Assembly: GCA_002189035.1 (NCBI GenBank)
Contig: NEEC01000015.1
Location: 868,001 to 932,000 of the forward strand
Source of the DNA: Utricularia gibba
Lineage: Eukaryota > Plantae > Magnoliophyta
Length of the DNA: 64,000 nucleotides
Direction: 5' to 3'
In this document: positions 54,622-64,000 of the stretch, one piece after another
How positions within the stretch are numbered: the stretch's first letter is position 1
Layout of the letters: each line of letters begins with the position of its first letter
Notes under the pieces: model-generated
What the model was told of the DNA's origin: nothing
The model's input: the letters and a program-made list of their open reading frames with translations, nothing else
The model's database searches: none
Program-made: the position numbers and the translations under genes

Positions 54622-55995
54622 TTACTTCTTCTTGGATTGCAGAGGGACGCCCTTGTACATGTCCACTTTCTCCTTGAGTGCATCTCTCCTGGGGCGTGCG
54701 ATCCTGTTGTTGGGATCAAAGAGCAGAGCTTCTTCGAATGCCCCGAGAGCAGACTTCAGGTCATTTGTCTTCTCGTACGCGTCACCAAGATTGTTCCATG
54801 CAGTAACATAACCTGGTTGGAGTTTGACAGCACTCTCAAACTGTGGGATGGCCTTCTCAGCTTTTCCATCGCGCGTGTATGTGACACCGAGGGCGTTGTA
54901 AGCCTGGTGAACGACACAAAATCATCGATTACTCGAATTTGAAACAGATGCTATGATGTGATGGAAAAAACTGTACTTGAGCAAGATCTTGATCTTCTCC
55001 ATCCCATTTTTCAATTGCTTCAAGGAGGTATTTGGTTGCAGCTGGATAAAACTTTCTTCTCAGCATCACAGCTCCCAGTTCAAAAAGCTCTGTAGCAGAA
55101 GCATCACCGCTCCTAACTTGTTCCTGTGCATATAAACAATGACACCTATGCGAGGGGTGTGCTCAAGATGGGCAAGTGGAGAACTTACTTGCAACTCTTT
55201 TGCAGAAAGATCAAGCTCTCTACGAACTAGAACTTGTCGAATCACGAAGAAAGTTCCAACCCCAAGTAATGCCAGAAGCAAAAGCAAGTAGGAAAGCTGG
55301 ATTCCCAACTCAAAAAGCTCTCCAACATCATACACAGGGTTCGTTATTGTCCCTGCTGCTTTTGCCTCCTGGAGTGTTGCTAGCCATGGAAATGATGAAG
55401 ATATAACTGAGGTTCCAAGAAGCAAGTTTCTTTTAGCGCCCTTTCGTTCCTCATTCAACGCTAACGTGCACCTAGCTTCTGCAATACTACTCCAAAAATC
55501 AGACCCAGAACCAAGAGGGGGTGAATCTATCTTAGGGACGATAGCAACTGACATCCAATGAATCCTACTCATCATTATGAGTTACAGAAGTCATAAAAAA
55601 TGAAAATCTAAATGGTGTTCTGCCCTGTTTTCGATGAATTTTCTTTAGAACATTCGTATGAAGGAGCTTGGCACCATTACCTTCATCTTTCACCAAGGTC
55701 AACGAAAAGACCCTGTTTCCATTTCCAAGAACCTGAAATCATCAAGAAACATCCAAAAAAATCATACCCAGTTCAATCCAGAGCGACCCATATGAACCCA
55801 AGTAGAAGTTAATACCTTGAGGGGAGTTTTGGCCTTGCTGCACCTACTTTTAGTGGGCTTTCTGAGGATAAACGGGATTCTCCCGCTTATCGAAAAGGCA
55901 CAAGAAACTTCCTGCATATGCGTGCTTCCTACTCGAACAAGACTGGCACTGTCGAAGTTATGAAGCGGCGGAGGTAAGCTCCAATGGATCAGCAT
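54622..55995 (-). CDS. PYG7: Chloroplast TPR protein PYG7 (Ycf37-like, PSI assembly)
   Basis: [44 protein letters not shown]|[46 protein letters not shown]|AYNALGVSY...[10 protein letters not shown]...LFDPNN; end ...[10 protein letters not shown]. Confidence 0.9.
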
Positions 55996-56460
55996 TCTCT
56001 CTTGTACTCTAATTCCTCGTTCATGTGTTACCAAGTACTTGACCTCGAAACCTCAATGAGTACAAATCTCGAGAAGTAACGCGAGAAAGAATTACTGGCT
56101 CACCATTGGCGTGTTGAAGATAATGGCTCAAAAAAATTTTGATATGGGGCCTGGTATTTGTTGAACCTGGAAACTAGATTAATTGGCAAAAACAGCTATT
56201 GGTGGGGTTAATGGATCGTCTCTCAGAAAATTCTTGCAAGATCCTTTTTTTCGACTTACCGTTCTGCATGGATTCGCATTTTGTTGTAAGAAAGTAAGGA
56301 GCTGACACAATGGAACACGCTTGTCGCAAAAGAAACTGTGATTCTCATTTTGTTGTAAGGAAGCTAACAGGATACAAAACTCTGATCTCATCTATGAACC
56401 AAGTTTGCTACAAAAAACTGTGTAAATTGGTTCCTGCATTTGTGTTAAATGCTCTTGCAA

Positions 56461-57870
56461 CTACTGATAGCCTGATTCCTGTTCTCTCCTCAAGCAGCGC
56501 GTGAATCTGGAAAGCGTCTCCGAGTCATGTCCTTGGTCTCTTGTTTTCAGCCAGTGATCATCAAAACGGATATCTATGTCTCTGTAGACCAGAAAATGGA
56601 AAAACAACTTGTAATGTTGACCAAGAAAACTTAGAAACTGGGATTCGTGCAACTCACCTCTTCAAAGAGAGGACTTGATAGTTTCTTAGCAGAAAGTCAG
56701 CATGTTTGGTTAAAGCTTCCTGAGCATAGTTTCTTCCAACAGAGCGTATTTTGACCGCAGCAAGTAAATTCTCGAGTGACTTGTATTTTCGAACGAGTTT
56801 GGAGGCTGTTTTTCGGCCGAAACCTGGAACAAACTGCTGGATCCCAGGGACACCATCAACTTCATCACCCAATATACATCCTGTAGATAGATATGCAGTT
56901 CAGAGAAAAGCTAAGGTGCCTGTTTATCATTGGAATTAAACAGAGGCATGATGAAATCAGCATCTTACTCAGGCTCAACTCAGATTGTGGGTGACAATTG
57001 TGCTGAGCAACATAGTGCTTCAGGGTGTAAAAAGACCATCTTTCTAACTTCGCCACAGGTAAAACAATCTGAACATCTTCAGAAATCAGCTGCTTAAAAT
57101 CCTTGTCTGGGGAAGCAATCACTGCTTTGAACCCTTTCAGTAAAACTTGATCAACAAGTGTTGCAATAACGTCATCAGCTTCATGTCCATCAATCTTTAC
57201 AACCTGAATATACATTGCCATGCATCAGTACCAAACAGATAAAACTACTCCTAAAGGTATGAACTCACAGGTACATTGCACTGCTGAAGAATATTGGTCA
57301 CGACTTCTCTTAATCTCAAAGAATAAAACAATCGAGGTTCCTCAACAGAGGTTAACATATGAGTTTTTTTCCTTCTTTTTGCTTTGTATGATGGCAGCAT
57401 CTGCCTGCGGTAGTCATTTCCTCCATCCCCATCAAAAACCTAAAACATGAGTAGTGATTTTTACCAGGTTCCCATGAGCAGACGCAATACATGAATGAAG
57501 ATAACCACCACAGAAGCAATAAACTTACAGCTATAACAGGGTCATCGAGGCTAACTTGGGAAAAGAAAATGGAAATCCAACGAGCGAAAGAGAGCAAACT
57601 CAGTCTACTCCCATCGTAACACAAAGGATTCACATCCAACAAAAACACCCTCTTCTTCCTTATCTTGTTCTCCGGCGGTGACGCCAGAAAATTAGCATCG
57701 TTTACAGGCAAATGGGTAACTGAATGTTCTGAAAACCGGATCTTGAAGATTTTCGGACGATTCAGTTTTGGGTTCTCCGAAATGGGTAGATTTCGAATTG
57801 CGAGGGGATGTGGGGAGCAGAAGGAAACGAGATAGCCCGAGATTCTGCTAACTCGCAGACAGGAATCCAT
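56461..57870 (-). CDS. Organellar 5'-3' exonuclease (Pol I N-terminal/FEN-like domain) protein
   Basis: RVFLLDVNPLCY, VFDG..GNDYRRQMLPSYKA, GHEADDVIATL, ASPDKDFKQL, and helix-hairpin-helix GDEVDGVPGI...GFGRKTA.KL. Confidence 0.9.
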
Positions 57871-58083
57871 AGCGGAGCCTGAAGATTGGTTTTTTATAAA
57901 ATATATTGATACGTTAAAGCGGGTTCATGAAAAGATAAAACTTTAATCATAGAAAGACCCTCTGATTTCCTGTAAATTGGTCTCTTGGTATCTCCGCCGC
58001 TCCTTCGATGAACTCAAGATGAAACCCATTTCGTTTATCAACGAAGACACTGCCCTGTTCCCTCTCTTGCTGCGACTTTGATC

Positions 58084-60423
58084 ATGTCGACTTCTCAGCT
58101 TCTTCAGAGCTCCTTCATTTCACCTATCTATTCCTCTCGGCGGCGCGTCCGGGGCCGCCCATCTTCTGCTGCGCAGAGGAATGGGCCGATTCAAGCAAAG
58201 ATTCGTGAGATCTTCATGCCTGCCCTCAGCTCTACAATGACGGAGGGAAAGATTGTTAGCTGGATCAGGTCGGAAGGTGATAAGCTCACGAAGGGTGAGT
58301 CAGTTGTGGTAGTCGAATCTGATAAGGCGGATATGGATGTAGAGTCGTTTTATGATGGGTACTTGGCTGCCATTCTTGTCGAAGAAGGGCTTTCTGCTAA
58401 TGTTGGATCAACAATAGCTTTGCTTGCTGAGACTGAAGAAGAGATTGCGCTTGCCCAGTCAAAAAGAGCTGCATCGCCATCAGCGCCAGTTGCTGATGGA
58501 ACCGAGGCCAAGAAGGCGCCCGAAGAAATCCCAGCCAAAGTTGCACCGAAAGTGGTGGTTGAAAGTGCCAATGTGAATGTGGGTTCTATCGGATCGGCTT
58601 TACATCCAGCATCGGATGGAGGGAGGAGAGTTGTTGCATCACCGTTCGCTAAAAAACTGGCAAAGGAAATGACTGTTGATTTGAGGAAAGTAGTGGGTAC
58701 GGGACCTAATGGTCGAGTAGTGGCCAGGGACGTTGAGGCTTATCTTTCTGCTGTAAAGATCACCCCTGAAGGCGATGCTTCAATCAGTAGAGAGGCAACT
58801 AAGCCTAAAGGTTTGGAGTTGGGTTCCGTGGTGCCATTTTCGTCAATGCAGAGTGCTGTGAGCAGGAATATGCTCGAAAGCTTGACGGTGCCTGTATTTA
58901 GAGTGGGCTACACTGTTAACACAGATGCGCTTGATGCATTATACAAGAAGGTAACGCTATTTAACTAATATTGAATCATTCTTTTCTTTATCATTTTTTT
59001 GTGATGAAAGTGTTTTAGTAGTAGCAAAGATCACTAGTTCCCTGGTAATGTAATATCCTTAGACTATGAATGGGAATGATGTCGAGTTGATCCATGGAGT
59101 GTACTTAATCCTACTTTTTTAGTGTCTGTAGACATAACATATAAAGTTGCTCTTGAAGATTTACACTAGAAGGTAAGGATCTTTATCCATAAAGTGCGTG
59201 CTTTTCTATATTGGTTGTTTTCTGAAAAGCGTTTTTTCTTTGTGTTGCAGTAAGAAAGATCTTTAGTCCCCTGGGTAGATCGTTAATTAGTCCATGGAGT
59301 TGAGTTAATCAGATTATAGGTGCTAGCTAAGGTTCTTTAACTATGTAGAGTGCACAGTCTACTCTACAGTTTTCATTGGTTTTTATCAGTTTTTAGTAGT
59401 TCGAAGATCATTAGTGCCCTGATAGTGTAGTATATCCTTGGACTGTAAATGGGAATTTCAGTGACGGTTGCAGTCGAGCTAAAATCATGATTTTTCAGTT
59501 GCAGTGGAGACAATTTGATGGTTTGACTATTTTGCAGATCAAGTCAAAGGGAGTAACCATGACCGCTTTGCTTGCAAAAGCAACAGCTCTTGCTTTAGTT
59601 CAACATCCTGTGGTTAACTCCAGTTGCAGAGATGGAAACAGTTTTACCTATAACTCTCATATCAACATTGCCGTGGCAGTAGCCATAGATGGTGGTTTAG
59701 TCACACCAGTCCTCCAAGACGCTGACAAGGTCAAACCACATCTGTTTTTCTGGATGAATACTGTTGCTCTTGTTCCTTTGGCCCCTTTTTTCCTGAAATC
59801 ATTTTGATAACCCATCTGGTCTGCTTACCAGGTTGACATATATTCATTATCAAGAAAATGGAAGGAGCTAGTGGAAAGGGCCAAGGGAAAGCAGCTCCAG
59901 CCAAATGAATACTCTACAGGTATCACTGGGAAGCCATCATTCGTCTCTATATTGATGTTGCATCCTTAACTCACTCCAAGTTTGCTTCACTGTCCAGGCA
60001 CTTTTACACTATCTAATCTTGGAATGTTCGGGTGGACCGGTTTGATGCCATCTTACCACCAGGAACTGTAAGTCTACCACCTGTTACACCTACACAACAG
60101 TGAAAAAGAAAAGAACCCATGGTGAAGCGTGAAACATAACTAAACTGCTTCCACAGGGCGCGATCATGGCAGTTGGGGGCTCCCGACCAACAGCAGTAGG
60201 CACCAAGGATGGGCGTATCGGGATCAAAACTCAGATGCAGGTACTTTTCGTTATTTTTTTCCATATCTCGGATCTCTCATTTCATGAAGTGATATCGCAA
60301 CATTCACTTTGTTTCCAGGTAAATGTTACTGCAGATCATCGCATCATATACGGTGCAGATCTAGCTGCTTTCTTGCAAACATTTTCGAAGATAATCGAGG
60401 ATCCCAAAGATCTCACCTTTTAG
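58084..60423 (+). CDS. EMB3003: Plastid pyruvate dehydrogenase E2 (dihydrolipoamide acetyltransferase)
   Basis: Lipoyl domain REIFMPALSSTMTEGKIVSW...ESDKADMDVE; LHPASDGGRRVVASPFAKKLAKE, which I recall as closer to EMB3003 than to LTA2; catalytic TADHRIIYGAD. One G is missing at 60030-60032 (GMFG-VDRFDAIL). Confidence 0.93.
59013..59466. repeat. Three diverged copies of a 60-100 bp unit in the long PDH-E2 intron
   Basis: Copy 1 (from 59013) TTTTAGTAGTAGCAAAGATCACTAGTTCCCTGGTAATGTAATATCCTTAGACTATGAATGGGAAT versus copy 3 (from 59391) TTTTAGTAGTTCGAAGATCATTAGTGCCCTGATAGTGTAGTATATCCTTGGACTGTAAATGGGAAT. A partial copy 2 lies at about 59250-59310. Confidence 0.8.
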
Positions 60424-60919
60424 CTGCTGTGGACTTCTGGTCCTGATCCCCATTACTCATGGATTTATGCTGTAAGAAAATGGAATGCTTTGTCGGGAAA
60501 GGCCACCTTTTTTTTATCAGAGAGTGAATGATGCATGTTATTTTGTTTCCGTATTTCCTTGAATCCTATTTTGTCTACTGATGTAGAACACAATAAATTT
60601 GATTCGAATTTTTACATGATCTTTGTCACTATTTTATACAAAGTACCAGAGGGTGTTGATTTACAGTTGATCAGTTTACTCAAATGGTTGTAGGGCTTCA
60701 GCACTGTGTATTTACGCATATTATACAAATGCAAGCTCTACTGAAGAGCTGAACAACAACCTCAGAGCAGTAACACAGTTGAATTATCAACACCAATCTC
60801 TGCTCAGATTCCTAGTTTGAGATAGCTATCAGCAAATTGGATCCAATGATCCCATCGAATAAAATATGATGCATAATAATGAACTTGCGTTCGACTGAAG
60901 TCATATATGTTGGCAATAT

Positions 60920-63915
60920 TCAAGCAAGATCCTTGGCGCTGATGGAAGGAGGAGACTTGAGGGTGCATGGCTCAGCATCCAGCAGCATCTTGACGACTTG
61001 CTTCATGCTCGGCCGCAGGTTTGGGAGCTTTGCAGTGCACAGGGTGGCGATTTTCAAGACCTTCATCATGTCTTCTTGAACCACAGGGGAAGCCACTTTC
61101 TCATCAAGAATGTTCAGCATGTTGCTGTCTCTGTTGTTGTGTTGAGTCCAAACCCAACAAACCAGGTCTTTAGCCTCTCCATTTTCATCCCATGTTGCTC
61201 TTCTTCCGGTTACTAGCTCCAGCAGCACCACCCCGAAGCTATATATGTCATTCTTTTCTGTCACTTTCAGAGAGTACGCAGATTCTGCATGGGAAACAGA
61301 CTGGATCATTACATGACTAGCTAGAGTTTGTTACTCTGGTGTAGGCTTCTAGAAAACTTACCAGGAGCTATGTATCCATAAGTTCCGGCAAAGCAACTAG
61401 ACTCTGATCCTGGAGAAGCACTCACTTTGGCAACCCCAAAATCAGCAATCTTTGCCTCATAGTCTTGGTCAAGTAGTATGTTGGTGGACTTGAGATCCCT
61501 GTGGATAATTGGCGGATTACAATCATGATGCAGGTATGCAATCCCTTTAGCTGCTCCTACAGCTATCTGGTATCTCTGGTACCAGTCAAGCTCTGGTTTA
61601 CCATCCTTAATCTCTCGATGAAGTGCCTGGAACAAGTTGCCATTTTCCATGTACTCCAGTATCAAGAAATAAGAGCCTTGGTTCGTCAAACAGGCGTACA
61701 GTTTCAGTATGTTTCTGTGCCTGATGTTCTTTAAAATTTCCAGTTCTGCTGACAAGAGTTTCACCCCATTTCCTTTCCATAGCTGCTTCACAGCCACAGT
61801 ACTTCCGCCCTTCTTCAAATTGAGCCTGTAAACCTTGCCTGTGCTTCCACTGCCGATCAAGTTGTTGTCATCTATGTTGAATAATATTTCATCCACATCC
61901 AGCTCCACTTTCTGAAAATTCTCCAGTTTCCAACCTGAGTCGGTAACCCTGTCATCACATAGACTACTTCCCTGCACCTCTCTCCGAAAACTGTACAGCA
62001 AGCCAACAAGGATGAAGGCAAGAATTAGCAATATGAGACATGCTAGAAACGTTTTGCTTTGTGTGAAGTTCTTTCTAGTAGTGTTCCCATCACAGAGGCT
62101 CAATCCAGAGTTCATCAATCTTTGGCTGCCTGCACTGTTTGCTTCAACGCATAGACCTTTGTTCCCTAAGAAAGCCTTGTAACCAGCCACAGCGAGGAAA
62201 TAGGAGGGAACACTTCCATACAGAGAATTATCTGAAAGATCAATGGATGACAGTTTAAGTTTGTCAAAATCTTTTGGAATTGGCCCATTGAGATAATTTC
62301 TTGAGAGATTCAATGAGTTGAGTGAAGCCATTTTTGATAAGGTGCTAGGAATATGACCACTGAGGGAGTTTTTGGCAAGATTCAACTCCACAAGCCGAGA
62401 ACAATCGGCCAACTCTGAAGGTATTGGTCCATTGAATTCATTTTCCTCCAAATGCAGAGATGATATCTGCCTTAAAGCTCCAATTTCTAATGGGATTCTT
62501 CCAGAGAAACTGTTGTTATCCAGATATATTCTTTCCAAATGCAAAAGCTTGCCGATTTCCTTTGGTAGATCTCCAGAAAGTCTGTTGTTCGACAGCATTA
62601 GCTCATTCAGTTGTGCAGCAGCACCAATAGATGGTGATATTCCTCCTGCAAAATCATTGTTGCTAAAATCTAAAACTTCTAAACTTGGAAGTGACCATAC
62701 CCCTTCAGGAATCACCCCTTCAAGCCTATTCAAATTGATTCTAAACCTCCGTAGAGGCTTACATTGAGCATAAGTATCTGGCAATACCCCAGAAAAATTG
62801 TTCTGCAAAGCAAGCAAGAATTGCAGATTCCCATTTTGACACAAGTACTTGGGAAACGAACCAGTAAACAGGTTCTCGGAGATGTCAATGAGGTTTAAAG
62901 GTGAAAAGCGGCCAAGATCTTGTGGGAATTCTCCCCAAAAGTTGTTCCTGTATATGGAGAAGTCAATAAGATGCCGCATCTCTCCAAATGCTGATGGGAT
63001 TTCCCCTGAGAAGTTGTTCTTGAACAAGTGGAACACAGTCAACTTCTTCAAATTGGCTACCTCAGGTGGGATTTTTCCATACATTTGGTTGGCAGAAATA
63101 TCAAACTCCTCCAGCAAGCTCAGGTTTGCAAGCTCAACAGGTATTTCACCAGTCAGGTTATTCTTATACAACTCAATCTTCACAAGATTCTTAAGTCTAC
63201 CTATTGAAGTTGGAAATTTCCCAGAAATCTGGTTCTTGCATATGTCCAGTGTTCCTAGTGCTTCTAAATCAAAGATAGATTCTGGAATCACTCCCCTCAA
63301 ATTGGAGCCAGCAAGATAAAGGAAGGACAACTTCTTTAACTTCCCCAGGCTTTCAGGGATTTCACCCTCATCGAAGTTATTGTCACCGAGGCTCAGCTGA
63401 ACCAGATCAGTCAAGTTTCCAACCCAACTTGGGAATGGCCCAGTAAACTCATTATCCGCCAAATCAAGAATCTCAAGCCTTTTAACACCAGAAAAATCTG
63501 GAATGCTGCCATTCAAGTAATTATTAGAAACGTTCAAAACTCGAAGATTTATGCAGTTGCTAAGTACAACTGGTAGACTTCCTGAAAGAAGATTTTCTGG
63601 CAATACCAGCGAAGTAAGACTCTCCAGCACAGAAAGTGAAGGTGAAATCACGCCTGAAAGGGACTTATTGTCGAGAGAGATTTCGACTACAAGTCCAGTT
63701 GTTTTATCGCAAACAACCCCATAGAATTGGCAAGGAGAGCTGGCATCTTTCCAGGATTCCAAGTAGTTCAAAGGATCAACAATCTGTTTCTTGAATTCTA
63801 ACAAAGCATCTGCCTCTTGTTTAAGACCAGAGCATACCTGGGTAACATAACAGAGAATCAACAAGATGGTAAGAAGAATCTGGATGGCAATCGGCTTTCT
63901 TGAGGGTGCTTCCAT
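60920..63915 (-). CDS. CEPR2: LRR receptor-like kinase, subfamily XI, CEPR2-like
   Basis: Signal peptide; ALLEFK...DPLNYLESWK...PC.FYGV.CD; about 20 LRRs; transmembrane segment; kinase with GSGSTGKVY, VAVKQL, HRDLKSTNILLD and DFG. One intron after GTYGYIAP. Confidence 0.9.
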
Positions 63916-64000
63916 TATGCAATTATTGGGACAAGTCAAGTCTCTCTTCATAAGTTTGAAAATCCAGACTTGATACAATTGTCACGCGTCCATGCTTGAC

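Noticed and set aside
18985-59450. RTATCCTT strings (about 18985, 59053, 59432) as U12-type donors
   Set aside because: They lie inside GT-AG introns rather than at exon boundaries. I found no U12-type intron in the window.

Overview
Gene-dense, transposon-free plant (eudicot) nuclear DNA with 25 mostly intron-containing protein-coding genes in 64 kb and very short introns and spacers. The compactness is reminiscent of Lentibulariaceae such as Utricularia, but the species is a guess. Genes in order: KH/QUAKING-like (5' truncated), QCR8, RPL10, RPT3, a UBC8/9/10-type E2, eIF2-beta, C4H, an AAA_33-like P-loop protein, nardilysin-like M16 peptidase, a small Met-Cys membrane protein, SLX1, TIC110, mitoribosomal mS29/DAP3, a group I WRKY, mitoferrin, FLX-like, ALOG/LSH, rhomboid-like 19/TMEM115, a plant RRM-like protein, HTATSF1, a PORR protein, PYG7, a plastid 5'-3' exonuclease, plastid PDH E2 (EMB3003-like) and a CEPR2-like LRR-RLK. 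Two non-coding RNA genes are invisible to the ORF track. One is a MIR160 hairpin (minus strand, about 45476-45566) with a variant mature sequence. The other is a box C/D scaRNA-like gene (plus strand, about 14765-15027) with a D-box guide for the U5 loop-1 G and a second D-box guide with 14-nt complementarity to the 5' end of U12 snRNA, predicting methylation of U12 A8. The U12 guide is the most interesting signal here. About nine single-base (-1) frameshifts, mostly in short homopolymers, break otherwise intact genes and most likely reflect long-read assembly errors. All reference comparisons are from memory of the families, not from database searches.
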